Origin: Escherichia phage MIZ4
Sequence record: OR167180
DNA length: 64,000 bases
Strand: one strand, 5' to 3'
The translations under genes were made by a program, and so were the position numbers. The notes under the pieces are model-generated. The model did not search any database. It saw only the letters and a list, made by a program, of their open reading frames with translations, and was not told the origin of the DNA. Positions 18,988-27,988 of this stretch are shown here, one piece after another. The number at the start of each line of letters is the position of its first letter. Position 1 is the stretch's first letter.

Positions 18988-19273
18988 GATTTACCCCTAA
19001 TTCATCAAGATTATGTCGCAGCATTTCAGAGTATTTTTCTACTTCCTTGATCTTAGTGTGGATCTCCACGATCTCATCTTCACTATCAGATAGTTTAATG
19101 GCAATCGCGAGCGTGCTTTTACCAGCCTTGATCGCTTCTTTCAGTTCAACCAACATGTCCGCGTGTTTCAATAGCAATTCTTCACGTCGAACATAAGCGA
19201 CGGTCAAAGCCTCATCAGCGATTTCTAAAGCATTTTCAGCGACACCAACAACCATTTTACGAGTAGACAGCAT
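18980..19273 (-). CDS. Hypothetical coiled-coil protein (97 aa)
   Basis: ORF track. Confidence 0.5.
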   Translation of the reverse strand: MLSTRKMVVGVAENALEIADEALTVAYVRREELLLKHADMLVELKEAIKAGKSTLAIAIKLSDSEDEIVEIHTKIKEVEKYSEMLRHNLDELGVNHG

Positions 19274-19287
19274 AAATTCACCTCACA

Positions 19288-19596
19288 TTATTTCACATTA
19301 ACGCCGTTATCAATCCAGCCGACGCTATTTGGTTTAACAGTTTTACCATAGGATGCATACTTAATCAAGCATGGTTTAACATAATTATCAAATCTTCCTA
19401 AACGTACTCCCAAATCAGGAATATCCATGTATGCGGCTTTATATCCCCATGTGCCATATTCAGAATCAATCTCAACCGGACGGCCTTTAAAAGCATAAAC
19501 TACACCGTGACGGTCAACGATAACATAACAATAACCAGCCGGAAGATACACAGTTTCGCCGTAAACTTTAACTGGAGTAGCAGAAGAGATAAACAT
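19288..19596 (-). CDS. Hypothetical protein (~103 aa)
   Basis: Track ORF trimmed to MFISSATPV, the ATG after the GAGGATTATATT leader. Confidence 0.5.
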   Translation of the reverse strand: MFISSATPVKVYGETVYLPAGYCYVIVDRHGVVYAFKGRPVEIDSEYGTWGYKAAYMDIPDLGVRLGRFDNYVKPCLIKYASYGKTVKPNSVGWIDNGVNVK

Positions 19597-19630
19597 AATA
19601 TAATCCTCACATCGTTCATTTGATGCGGTC

Positions 19631-19659
19631 ATTATATGATAACCGCATTTTCATGTCAA
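19631..19659 (-). promoter_or_regulatory. Sigma70-type early promoter cassette
   Basis: Minus-strand TTGACA (19654-19659), 17-nt spacer, TATAAT (19631-19636); flanked by inverted repeat ATGCGGT..ACCGCAT. Confidence 0.5.
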
Positions 19660-19665
19660 CAGTTT

Positions 19666-20040
19666 TTAAAAATCTTCTTCCGGTTTATATCGACCGTCAT
19701 CGACTGGTTTTGGACTGAATCCTTTATGTGTGCGCGGCTTCGCTTCCGGTTTACCAGCAATCATCAAACCAAAACATTTCAGCCCTTTATAACACATAAC
19801 AATATTAACCACGGTCCAAGTTATAGGCCATATAATAGAACAAATGGCATATGCTCCAATATCGACCTCTTTGGTGTCCTTGTCGAATCTGGCGTACAAG
19901 CAAATTATAAGATAGGTGATCATTGCACCAGTAGGCCAAATATAAAGCACATTAACAATATCTTGTGTTGTCACGTTATCCTCCTTACATGTCTTGCAGT
20001 GCATAAAAGCATTTTTCTTCGTAGTCATAGAAAATGTCAA
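19666..20040 (-). CDS. Hypothetical membrane protein (124 aa)
   Basis: ORF track; two or three hydrophobic segments. Confidence 0.5.
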   Translation of the reverse strand: MTFSMTTKKNAFMHCKTCKEDNVTTQDIVNVLYIWPTGAMITYLIICLYARFDKDTKEVDIGAYAICSIIWPITWTVVNIVMCYKGLKCFGLMIAGKPEAKPRTHKGFSPKPVDDGRYKPEEDF

Positions 20041-20263
20041 AGTATGCTTTTTCTACATACTCACCATTGATCCAAGCGGCAGTAACAATCAGAGTGGTCC
20101 AGTTAGATCCGCTCTCAACGGTAAAGGTTTTAATACCCAGCTTAACAGCCAAGTCACGAGCAAACTGGTCGCAACCACGGCAGGAAGTGATATTGGAAGT
20201 TTTGATTTTAAAGCCACCGCGAGTTTTAGAAATTTCTACTTTAGCGAAAGACAGGTTGCTCAT
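19985..20263 (-). CDS. Hypothetical protein (92 aa)
   Basis: ORF track; start follows conserved leader after promoter at 20307-20335. Confidence 0.5.
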   Translation of the reverse strand: MSNLSFAKVEISKTRGGFKIKTSNITSCRGCDQFARDLAVKLGIKTFTVESGSNWTTLIVTAAWINGEYVEKAYFDIFYDYEEKCFYALQDM

Positions 20264-20342
20264 TTTTGATTCTCCTTAAGAAAGTATGTTTCGTTTTGAT
20301 GTGTGTAGTATAGGGGATACGTGATCCCCTGTCAACAACTTT

Positions 20343-20648
20343 TTATGATTTTAGTGAATTAACTAATACATCAAAATGATGTACAGAGCACACCTTATTA
20401 AACACATATTCATCATGTTTAGGAATAGCGCCTAACCGCTTTATTTCGCTCGTTGACACGATAAACCGTTTATCCGGTGCATTTACCTTATATGCTTCAA
20501 CAACGCACGGGAAACGCGTTTCAGAGAGTTCTGGATAGTTTTCTGAATCCATCAGGACAATGAATACCCTGTTACATTGATTGTAGAATCCTGTTTTTGA
20601 TTTCATCAAGTTTTCTTCTCTGTACAATTCGTGCAATCTTCCTTTCAT
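20343..20648 (-). CDS. Hypothetical protein; start uncertain
   Basis: Track ORF 20343-20672 begins at a GTG; first ATG at ~20648; overlaps upstream ORF in a different frame. Confidence 0.35.
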   Translation of the reverse strand: MKGRLHELYREENLMKSKTGFYNQCNRVFIVLMDSENYPELSETRFPCVVEAYKVNAPDKRFIVSTSEIKRLGAIPKHDEYVFNKVCSVHHFDVLVNSLKS

Positions 20649-20913
20649 GATTTCGTTGGTTCTTGTCTTCACAGTTTACCCACTCAACAAGATCTTTACC
20701 TAACTCGAAAGCCCATTCTCGGTCTTGCTTTACATTTTGTAGGTATGGACTTTCCGACACTCGACGAAGTGATCTTGTCGTAACAAGAATGATCCCAGGA
20801 ATGTTCGGATGTTCCTTTCCATATACAATAGGACGCGAGTCACTATCAATACCCTGTAAGAAGGTGTATCCTGAATCACTTAGGATCATATACATTTTCA
20901 TTTCATCCATCAC
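20572..20913 (-). CDS. Hypothetical protein (113 aa); overlaps next ORF by ~77-100 nt
   Basis: ORF track; unusually long out-of-frame overlap with ORF 20343-20672. Confidence 0.4.
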   Translation of the reverse strand: MMDEMKMYMILSDSGYTFLQGIDSDSRPIVYGKEHPNIPGIILVTTRSLRRVSESPYLQNVKQDREWAFELGKDLVEWVNCEDKNQRNHERKIARIVQRRKLDEIKNRILQSM

Positions 20914-21167
20914 AGTTTCCTCAACCAGTTATTAAAGCGAGTAAACCATGATGCTTTTCGTGCTTCTTTTACTTTATATGCACGCAAACCACTGAAACAC
21001 CATTCATAATCATCACTGAAACATGATTCAACAGGAACACCCGCATTTCGTAGTTCTCTGGTCTTTATCATAAATCCTTGACATAAGGGGCGACCTTCAA
21101 CAATGATAGGAAGTTTAACTTTTTCCATGAAAGTATACCCAGCACGGTCAATAATTTCAATCTTCAT
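20910..21167 (-). CDS. Hypothetical protein (85 aa), family C paralog
   Basis: MKIEIIDRAGYTFMEKVKLPIIVEGRP closely resembles 21186-21389. Confidence 0.5.
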   Translation of the reverse strand: MKIEIIDRAGYTFMEKVKLPIIVEGRPLCQGFMIKTRELRNAGVPVESCFSDDYEWCFSGLRAYKVKEARKASWFTRFNNWLRKL

Positions 21168-21185
21168 AATATAATCCTCAATTGA

Positions 21186-21389
21186 TTACACTTCCCAGGC
21201 TTCTTTGCTAAGAAAACACCATTTATACTCAGGAGAATAACCTTTAATCGGTACTCCAGCTTTTTGTAATTCCTGCGTTTCAACAACATAATCATGCCCA
21301 TACGGTCGGCCTTCCACGATGATAGGAAGTTTAACACCTTTCATGAAAGAATATCCACCATCGTCAAAAATTTCAATTTTAATTTTCAT
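21186..21389 (-). CDS. Hypothetical protein (67 aa), family C paralog
   Basis: MKIKIEIFDDGGYSFMKGVKLPIIVEGRP. Confidence 0.5.
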   Translation of the reverse strand: MKIKIEIFDDGGYSFMKGVKLPIIVEGRPYGHDYVVETQELQKAGVPIKGYSPEYKWCFLSKEAWEV

Positions 21390-21634
21390 TTTACATTATC
21401 TCCATAGATCTTTCCATCAATATCAATTTCACCAGCGCGAACATCTAGGATAAGATGCGGTAGGTGTATGCAATTTTCCCAACCAATGCGCTTCATTTCT
21501 TCTACGGTAACGTAAGCCCACCCGTTCGCTGTAATAAAGTCTACTTCAACCTTGAGAGGAAAGCAAGACTTTTCTATGTTTTCAAATCCGATAATGTGTT
21601 TTGTCGTTGAATATGGAATATATCCGGTGATCAT
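21386..21634 (-). CDS. Hypothetical protein (82 aa)
   Basis: ORF track. Confidence 0.5.
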   Translation of the reverse strand: MITGYIPYSTTKHIIGFENIEKSCFPLKVEVDFITANGWAYVTVEEMKRIGWENCIHLPHLILDVRAGEIDIDGKIYGDNVK

Positions 21635-22065
21635 TTTGTGATCTCCTTATACTCAACACACCATAAGCGGGTAGCCCATGATAAACGCTCATAACGCTGG
21701 CAGAAATCGGACCATAGATATTGTTTACCGTCTTGCATAGTTGAAATATGCGTTTTCTCGCCTACTTTCACGAAAGAAGTATTCGATTTTGTGATCTCGA
21801 CCGGAGTATATCCGAAAGCGGGTTCCAAGTCAACATCTAAACTAAATGCCAATTTAACAGAATTTGTTTTTCTGACCGCTGTCCGGTTTCCTTCTGGGTA
21901 TAGCACAGCAGGTTTAGCGCCTAAGCGGATAAACTCAGTATTTTTAATGAACAGAATATCATGATCACCGTCATATTCCGACACTTCCATAGTAACAGGA
22001 AAATCGATATGTGCTAAACCTGGTAGATCTCGCATATCATGAAATGTAGCCATCAACTTTTTCAT
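21631..22065 (-). CDS. Hypothetical protein (~144 aa)
   Basis: Track ORF trimmed to MKKLMATFHD, the ATG following an SD-like GAGGAATACAGG. Confidence 0.5.
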   Translation of the reverse strand: MKKLMATFHDMRDLPGLAHIDFPVTMEVSEYDGDHDILFIKNTEFIRLGAKPAVLYPEGNRTAVRKTNSVKLAFSLDVDLEPAFGYTPVEITKSNTSFVKVGEKTHISTMQDGKQYLWSDFCQRYERLSWATRLWCVEYKEITK

Positions 22066-22075
22066 CCTGTATTCC

Positions 22076-22312
22076 TCACTCTTCTGTTTCATTTCTTTTA
22101 TATGGTACTATAACAGGATTAATACAGCAAGCACCAATTACGTTATGAGCACCACAATTTAAGCATTTATAATCATGGAACTTATTAAGGAATCGCCCGA
22201 ACTCATAACCGACTAACGCCGCGTGTACTTGAGTCTCGATCTCATCCATATCAGCCAATGTTTTAACCTTCATAATATAATCCTCAAATACTGGTTTTGC
22301 GAAGATGGTCAT
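22076..22312 (-). CDS. Hypothetical Cys-containing protein (78 aa)
   Basis: ORF track; CLNCGAH...CC pattern. Confidence 0.45.
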   Translation of the reverse strand: MTIFAKPVFEDYIMKVKTLADMDEIETQVHAALVGYEFGRFLNKFHDYKCLNCGAHNVIGACCINPVIVPYKRNETEE

Positions 22313-22574
22313 TACATGATTTTAATGCATCAGTCGAGGTGTCATAGCGAGTATTATCATAGCACCAATAACCATCTGTCAACTGATAAATTAATCCATC
22401 CTTTTTAGCGTCGATGAAAGACAATTCTTTGAAAGTTTCTACTTTCTTTGCTGATACTCCACGGTCACGGCGTTTATAGAGTTTAGCTAAAACGCGTTCA
22501 GCTTGTTCCTCTTTATCGCCAGACAGATCCCAGATGACGTTTCTGATATGCTTGATTAATTGTTCAGTGGTCAT
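22284..22574 (-). CDS. Hypothetical protein (96 aa)
   Basis: ORF track; start follows promoter cassette 22605-22632. Confidence 0.5.
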   Translation of the reverse strand: MTTEQLIKHIRNVIWDLSGDKEEQAERVLAKLYKRRDRGVSAKKVETFKELSFIDAKKDGLIYQLTDGYWCYDNTRYDTSTDALKSCNDHLRKTSI

Positions 22575-22604
22575 ATTTGATTCTCCTTAGTTGGTATGGT
22601 TATC

Positions 22605-22632
22605 ATTATACGGGGATTTCTCCCCGTGTCAA
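22605..22632 (-). promoter_or_regulatory. Sigma70-type early promoter cassette with palindromic spacer
   Basis: Minus-strand TTGACA (22627-22632), spacer CGGGGAGAAATCCCCG (perfect palindrome), TATAAT (22605-22610). Confidence 0.55.
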
Positions 22633-22635
22633 CAA

Positions 22636-22858
22636 TTAAATGATCTCTGCTTCACCGTTAAGGAAGAAGGACCATGTTTTGTTAGGATAACGAAGCGCCC
22701 ATGATTCAGCAGTTTTAACACCAGCTTCGAACAATTGACGGCTGGTTACTTTAGCCATACCATCTTCGATGGCAACGTTTTCAATAATCATCGGGTACTT
22801 AGCGCCACGCATGAAACCGAAGCCAGCGGAAGATTTGATAATTTTAACAGTTGCCATT
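22636..22858 (-). CDS. Hypothetical protein (~74 aa), family C paralog
   Basis: Trimmed to MATVKIIKSSAGFGFMRGAKYPMIIEN; the track start at 22911 runs through the upstream promoter. Confidence 0.5.
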
Positions 22859-22943
22859 TTTGATTCTCCTAGAAAGTGTCGTGTTTCGATGGGTGTATTA
22901 TGCAATAACACCGGATCGCTGTCAACACTTTATAAGAAAAATT

Positions 22944-23228
22944 TTAAATTAATCGAATATAACCAAGAATTTCAGCGCCTTTAGCCAGTCCTAAAACTTC
23001 CCATTCAAGGTCGCCGTAGTCATAATTTGCAACCATCAACTGACCATTTTTCATGCAGCAATCATGAGAGAAAATTTGCCCAGCATAAACTACGATAGTA
23101 ATAAACTTTCCTGATTCTGGCGGTGTGGAAGACAAAGCGACCATATGACCATTCAGCTTAGTAACCAGTGATGGAACAATAAAATTCGGGCTTACCTTAA
23201 TACCGTTAAATTCGTTTGTGTCTTTCAT
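22944..23228 (-). CDS. Hypothetical protein (94 aa)
   Basis: ORF track. Confidence 0.5.
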   Translation of the reverse strand: MKDTNEFNGIKVSPNFIVPSLVTKLNGHMVALSSTPPESGKFITIVVYAGQIFSHDCCMKNGQLMVANYDYGDLEWEVLGLAKGAEILGYIRLI

Positions 23229-23575
23229 GCCAGACCTCGCAAAACACTAATAGCATAATCATGCTGGTTATTCATAATATCAATTGCATTGTGATAACGA
23301 GCTAAACCATCAAGGATAAATTCTTGTTTATCCTGTTTCAGTTTGGTATCACGCGCAGCCATAAGAGCATCGAGAACAGGTCCAAAGTGATTATCTAATT
23401 CATCTTCGGTTGCAATGTTTCCTATTGCCTCGTCGATCCGTGATTCTAATGCTTGCTTTTCGTTGATCACTTGCTGGGTATATTCCAACACATCAAGAAT
23501 ATCGCGGGTAACGTCGCCATGATAAGGTATTCCCGCATGAAGATGATCAATTAATCGCTGAATATCAATGTTCAT
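23225..23575 (-). CDS. Hypothetical protein (116 aa)
   Basis: ORF track; ATGA overlap with neighbours. Confidence 0.5.
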   Translation of the reverse strand: MNIDIQRLIDHLHAGIPYHGDVTRDILDVLEYTQQVINEKQALESRIDEAIGNIATEDELDNHFGPVLDALMAARDTKLKQDKQEFILDGLARYHNAIDIMNNQHDYAISVLRGLA

Positions 23576-23910
23576 TTGTAACCCTCCTCTGAAAGCACAT
23601 CCCAGATCGTTGAGTCAAGATGCATTAAATTCCACATAATAGAGTCATAACTACCGAAGCCAGAAGTAAAAATTACATCACACTGGCGATAGGTCTTATG
23701 AAAATCGGTGGCTGTCTCTGCATCAATAGGCATATCGTCACCGGAAAGCACCAGACATTTAAGAATCATAACTCTGTTAGCCGTTGGCGCTTGCTTAGTC
23801 TTTTCAGCATATTTTTCGATGATCCGTTTTGCCTTTTCTTCTTTGATACGTCCAGACCAAATCCGGTTTCGGTATTGATTCATAATAATTTCAATCACAT
23901 CATTTTGCAT
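23572..23910 (-). CDS. Hypothetical protein (112 aa)
   Basis: ORF track. Confidence 0.5.
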   Translation of the reverse strand: MQNDVIEIIMNQYRNRIWSGRIKEEKAKRIIEKYAEKTKQAPTANRVMILKCLVLSGDDMPIDAETATDFHKTYRQCDVIFTSGFGSYDSIMWNLMHLDSTIWDVLSEEGYK

Positions 23911-24109
23911 TCTTCACGGTCTCCATAATTGTTTTGTAAGCCAGTTTAAGATGATCACCGAAAAACTTTGCATTGTTACCCTTCGGATCGCGGAGCATGG
24001 TTTCTACGATCTCATAGGCAGTAACAATTTCTCCTTTCTTTGCTGCATGTTCTACCATATACTTCAAAGTTTCTTCGGAGGAAAGTGCTGCGGCTACTGG
24101 ATTAATCAT
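23900..24109 (-). CDS. Hypothetical protein (69 aa)
   Basis: ORF track; start directly after conserved leader of promoter cassette. Confidence 0.5.
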   Translation of the reverse strand: MINPVAAALSSEETLKYMVEHAAKKGEIVTAYEIVETMLRDPKGNNAKFFGDHLKLAYKTIMETVKNAK

Positions 24110-24138
24110 TTTGGTTCTCCTTTGTTGTCGATGTGTGC

Positions 24139-24167
24139 ATTATGCTATACCATATTCCGGTTGTCAA
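24139..24167 (-). promoter_or_regulatory. Sigma70-type early promoter cassette
   Basis: Minus-strand TTGACA (24162-24167), 17-nt spacer, CATAAT (24139-24144), immediately downstream of terminator hairpin. Confidence 0.55.
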
Positions 24168-24171
24168 CACC

Positions 24172-24207
24172 TAAAAACGAAAAAGCCACCCTTTCGGATG
24201 GCTTTTT
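24172..24207 (-). terminator. Intrinsic terminator (hairpin flanked by A and T runs)
   Basis: GCCACCC-TTTCGG-ATGGC hairpin at 24185-24202 with flanking AAAAA/TTTTT; terminator plus promoter forms a PeSL-like unit. Confidence 0.6.
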
Positions 24208-24437
24208 GATTATATTTTATTCACGTCCATTTGTATAGTAGTGTTTGAATCGACCTTTGCTAAACTCGTTAAACATAGTAACCAATTCACCATCCCTTTC
24301 CAATGATAAACCTTCCTCGTCTTAGACGGGTCTTCCGATTAGGTAGTAATTGAACACGCGAAAGTATGAGGAAGCCAAATAGTTGTGTTAATGCTAGTAT
24401 TCTTTTACTTCTGGTATGCATCCCACAGTGACTAACA

Positions 24438-24836
24438 TTAAGCCAGTCGAGTGAGTTTATAAATTGTTTTAAAGCATAGAGCTTTGATATCGTCTAAAAC
24501 GCTCTGTAACGAGCTATCAACATCATTATAAATCTCACTAGCCATTTGCGTTAACTCTTGCAAATAGGCAATTTCGCTAATCTCCTTGCGGACGACCAAC
24601 TTTGGCTGATAACGACCAGTGATCCCAATATTGGTTTCAGTGAAATTATCAACCAATTCTTGCATTTCAAGATAGAACTCTTCTAGAGCCTTATGTTTTG
24701 CATAAGATCCAGGACCAGTTACCCCAAAATGCGCAGAATGCATATAAGTAACACTCATCAGACATTCACCGATAAAGCGGTCAACTTTATTAGCCTTTCC
24801 CTCTTCGGACGTCTTTAGAAAATCACTGAATTTCAT
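24438..24836 (-). CDS. Hypothetical protein (132 aa)
   Basis: ORF track; followed by ~230 nt ORF-free spacer. Confidence 0.5.
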   Translation of the reverse strand: MKFSDFLKTSEEGKANKVDRFIGECLMSVTYMHSAHFGVTGPGSYAKHKALEEFYLEMQELVDNFTETNIGITGRYQPKLVVRKEISEIAYLQELTQMASEIYNDVDSSLQSVLDDIKALCFKTIYKLTRLA

Positions 24837-25125
24837 GTTCTCGATTCTCCATATTATTCAACAGAACAAATTGTTGTGCGGCATATCCCCCCATAATAAA
24901 ACACTGCCTAGAATCCATACATTTACTACGAGCATACATCTTCATAATATGGGCATGAAATTTCTGGCTGGTTTCAATGGAAGGAGATATTTTGTTTACA
25001 TATACTATCATTGCGCCGTCGAAATAATCAGTAAAGTCACCAGTTGGATCATATTGATCAGCACTGACACTTCCGACCGCAGTCAAGCATATTGCCGCTG
25101 TTAGAGTTTTACGAATAAATGACAT
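24823..25125 (-). CDS. Hypothetical secreted protein (100 aa) with N-terminal signal peptide
   Basis: MSFIRKTLTAAICLTAVGSVSADQ looks like a Sec signal peptide with AxA cleavage site. Confidence 0.5.
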   Translation of the reverse strand: MSFIRKTLTAAICLTAVGSVSADQYDPTGDFTDYFDGAMIVYVNKISPSIETSQKFHAHIMKMYARSKCMDSRQCFIMGGYAAQQFVLLNNMENREHEIQ

Positions 25126-25193
25126 AAGTCATTCCCCCAGATTGAAAATATTCAATTATATTTATAATCTGGGGCTTTATTTATGATTAACTC

Positions 25194-25790
25194 TTATTTG
25201 GTAGTACCGTCAATAAAATGTTTACGGCACACAGAAACATATTTATCCTCTGCACCAACTTCTATTTGAGCACCATCGCGAATAACATTACCCTCTTTAT
25301 CTACACGAAGGACCATTGTTGCTTTCTTACCACAATGACAAATACCCTTCATTTCGACCAGTTTATCAGCAAATGCCATTAATGCCGCAGATCCTTCAAA
25401 TAGATTGCCCTGAAAGTCAGTGCGAAGGCCATAGCACAGTACAGGGATATTAGCATCATCAACAAGCGCACACAAGCCTAAAACATGCTCTTTAGTCATA
25501 AATTGGGCTTCGTCTACAAAAACTGCATCTGGACGCCATCGATCCGGTCTACGCTTACCTAACGATTCACGATAAACCAAGTCGAAAAGATCATCCGATT
25601 TAGTGAAGGTGATCGCTGGAGCACTTAGACCAATTCGGGAAACGACTTCACTTTCTGAATCTCGATTATCAATCGCTGGCTTAAGAATTAATACTCGCAT
25701 ATCACGTTCGGTATAGTTATAAGCACTTTGTAACAGGGAAGTTGATTTGCCAGCGTTCATAGATGCATAGTAGAAATATAATTGCGCCAT
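25194..25790 (-). CDS. tk: Thymidine kinase
   Basis: YASMNAGKSTSLL (P-loop), VLILKPAIDNRDS, VFVDEAQF, GLRTDFQGNLFEGS, CHCGKKAT, VCRKH match recalled T4 Tk. Confidence 0.93.
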   Translation of the reverse strand: MAQLYFYYASMNAGKSTSLLQSAYNYTERDMRVLILKPAIDNRDSESEVVSRIGLSAPAITFTKSDDLFDLVYRESLGKRRPDRWRPDAVFVDEAQFMTKEHVLGLCALVDDANIPVLCYGLRTDFQGNLFEGSAALMAFADKLVEMKGICHCGKKATMVLRVDKEGNVIRDGAQIEVGAEDKYVSVCRKHFIDGTTK

Positions 25791-26083
25791 TAATTAATCT
25801 CCAAAAATCCAGCAAGACCTAAACCGATATAAGTCCAGATACAAAGGAAAAAGAAGCAAACACCCATAGCAAAGATAAATCCGCGTAGTGTCTTTGGATA
25901 ACCTACCCAATATTCCCGACCATCTTCTAACCGGATCAGTTTATTTCCTTGCGAGTCCATATCAACTACAACATGTTTATTTCGAGATTGCAATAGATAT
26001 TGTTTTACAATCTCAATACCCGCCATAATAACAATAACGAAAATAAAAGTCCACACAACAAGATTAATGATAGTCTCAAGCAT
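25790..26083 (-). CDS. Hypothetical membrane protein (97 aa)
   Basis: ORF track; two hydrophobic helices. Confidence 0.5.
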   Translation of the reverse strand: MLETIINLVVWTFIFVIVIMAGIEIVKQYLLQSRNKHVVVDMDSQGNKLIRLEDGREYWVGYPKTLRGFIFAMGVCFFFLCIWTYIGLGLAGFLEIN

Positions 26084-26318
26084 TTTCTATCACCTCCACC
26101 CAATCAGGTGTTTCCTGAAAGACTCCTTCACCTTCATGATGGTCACAACCTTTATTGCTGCAATACATCCACCAATCCCACATTCCCCACGGTAAACGCT
26201 GCATATCGTCGTTACAGCAAGTGAATATAATAGGCCAACCACATCTAACACATTGGCAGTTTTCTTTCATGTGAGCGGTATTCGGCTTCTTCATAGATGA
26301 CTCCAATATAATCGACAT
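26076..26318 (-). CDS. Hypothetical Cys/Trp-rich protein (80 aa)
   Basis: ORF track; CQCVRCGW...CCNDD...CSNKGCDHH suggests zinc binding. Confidence 0.45.
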   Translation of the reverse strand: MSIILESSMKKPNTAHMKENCQCVRCGWPIIFTCCNDDMQRLPWGMWDWWMYCSNKGCDHHEGEGVFQETPDWVEVIENA

Positions 26319-26521
26319 TTACATTTAGGGCAATGCGGTTCTTTAATATAATACCCGTCTGTCTTTGGAACACTAACAGGAGCGGTTTTTATATTGTATT
26401 CAGTGAAACAACGAAAACAAGTTACGTTTTCTACAGACTGACGTTTCACCCAATCACCGGAATATAGATCATTTTTATTTGTCATATTCAACCACCACAA
26501 TGTTAATGTCTGGAGTAGCAA
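26291..26521 (-). CDS. Hypothetical zinc-ribbon protein (76 aa)
   Basis: ORF track; CFRC...CPKCKC pattern. Confidence 0.45.
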   Translation of the reverse strand: MLLQTLTLWWLNMTNKNDLYSGDWVKRQSVENVTCFRCFTEYNIKTAPVSVPKTDGYYIKEPHCPKCKCRLYWSHL

Positions 26522-26930
26522 TATTAATGATCTCTTCTACACATTCCCACTCAAGGCCACCGATACCGCAACCGATTTTAGGAATATAGAAAGGCTGTAT
26601 AGCACCTTCAAAAACATCATTGATAGTCTCAAATCCTTTCAGGATAGCACCATATTCAGCATTTGGACCCGGTCGGAATTGGGTATATAGATTCACCCCG
26701 CACCAGTTATAACCATTAACTTGATGCGTCCAGACACTAAACCAACCCAGCTTTTCTACCTTACCGCGAGAAGTTTGCTTGTCAATCTCTAACGTTTGCG
26801 GGAACTCTTTCGCGATCTTTGCAGCAATACCAGCGCCCATAGTATGAAAACAATTACAACCATGAATTAAATGACCGTTTCCTTGTTTAAACAGGGCGAT
26901 GAGATCGCCCTTTACAGTATCAATAATCAT
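26475..26930 (-). CDS. Putative macro-domain (ADP-ribose binding/processing) protein
   Basis: GDLIALFKQGNGHLIHGCNCFHTMGAGIAAKI resembles macro-domain N-terminal Gly-rich ADP-ribose loop; second Gly-rich loop IPKIGCGIGGL; motif-level only. Confidence 0.5.
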   Translation of the reverse strand: MIIDTVKGDLIALFKQGNGHLIHGCNCFHTMGAGIAAKIAKEFPQTLEIDKQTSRGKVEKLGWFSVWTHQVNGYNWCGVNLYTQFRPGPNAEYGAILKGFETINDVFEGAIQPFYIPKIGCGIGGLEWECVEEIINIATPDINIVVVEYDK

Positions 26931-26945
26931 AATATAAACCTCTCA

Positions 26946-27305
26946 TTAGTCACGGGAAGACAACCCAGCCATAAAACGGCTTAACAGTGTGTCGCGATAA
27001 GCAAAGCATAATTGCTTATCAGGGGCAGTATCACAAAGGTTGCGTTTTGTTTTAGCAAAGCTGGCAATACTCAGATCCCACGCTCGATTTTTTCGTTTTT
27101 CGTCTCGACCTTGTTTGTATGCTTCATCAAGTTCGAGCGCGATAAAATCACTACACATGTTATCATCATCACAGAAAGTTTTAATGATCTTTTTGTTGAT
27201 CTCAAATCCTTTGTATTCAAACTTTGGATAAGGGCGCTCATTACTAGCAAGCGCACCAGCCGAGAACATCATAGCAATCATAGCAATTATTGTCAACTTT
27301 TTCAT
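26946..27305 (-). CDS. Hypothetical secreted protein (119 aa)
   Basis: N-terminal signal peptide MKKLTIIAMIAMMFSAGALASNE; several Cys. Confidence 0.5.
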   Translation of the reverse strand: MKKLTIIAMIAMMFSAGALASNERPYPKFEYKGFEINKKIIKTFCDDDNMCSDFIALELDEAYKQGRDEKRKNRAWDLSIASFAKTKRNLCDTAPDKQLCFAYRDTLLSRFMAGLSSRD

Positions 27306-27312
27306 ATATTCC

Positions 27313-27903
27313 TCAATAGCGTTTAGTCTTAAGAATGCCTTTACTCTTTAGATGGTTAGCCTTTTTTAGTACGTCATCAGCATAACCTAATCCGGCTTTA
27401 TAGTTCCATCCAGCATTGTAAGAAGCTAGCGCGAGTCGGATATTACCGTTTCGAACATCCAGCCAGTATGCTAACTCATCCATCGCGTAGAATGCAGAAA
27501 CCTCGCGATTCATGATAAAGTTGATAGTCTGGCGATCACTCATTTTAACACCGCGCTTTGCATTTTTCGCTTTCACCGTTTTAAGGTAATTTTGAAATAA
27601 TCCATAAGCATGATGATTTTTCTTTGGTGCTAAGTTTGCACCCGCGCTTGATTCTTGCCATGCGATACCCGCCAGGATGTGACCTAAACCCTTTCCGTTA
27701 TAGCGAATATTCGGATGGTACTTTTTCAACTTACCGCTTTTCTCGAATTGCTCGCCGTATTGATAGGCGAAATGTAAATTATCTAGTTGGTGTGCTGTAA
27801 AGTTGTCTATCGGCGCTTTTTTGATCGGTGCGCTAGTCGATGCGTGTGTAGCACCAACGGCTAGTGACAGACTCAATACTATCGCTTTTAGAACTTTTAA
27901 CAT
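27313..27903 (-). CDS. Secreted SLT-domain lytic transglycosylase-like protein
   Basis: Signal peptide MLKVLKAIVLSLSLAVGATHAST; catalytic-type motifs AWQESSAG (E-S), AYGLFQ, ASYNAGWNY. Confidence 0.65.
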   Translation of the reverse strand: MLKVLKAIVLSLSLAVGATHASTSAPIKKAPIDNFTAHQLDNLHFAYQYGEQFEKSGKLKKYHPNIRYNGKGLGHILAGIAWQESSAGANLAPKKNHHAYGLFQNYLKTVKAKNAKRGVKMSDRQTINFIMNREVSAFYAMDELAYWLDVRNGNIRLALASYNAGWNYKAGLGYADDVLKKANHLKSKGILKTKRY

Positions 27904-27988
27904 TAATTTCTCCTGTTTGGCTTAACTTTCTGATTCCATAATATAGCCCTATCACCAGAAAGTCAAGCATTATTTTAACCAATTTCCA

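Noticed and set aside
22636-22911. Long N-terminal extensions of track ORFs 22636-22911, 28416-28811, 37045-37491, 10417-10644 and 27989-28483
   Set aside because: The extensions read through the conserved -35/-10/leader cassette and ignore the ATG sitting directly after the conserved SD-containing leader; starts were moved to that ATG.
24208-24437. Small ORF or RNA in the 230-nt ORF-free spacer downstream of ORF 24438-24836
   Set aside because: The only reading frame is a 44-codon basic peptide without SD or conservation cues, and no convincing structure was seen; left unannotated.
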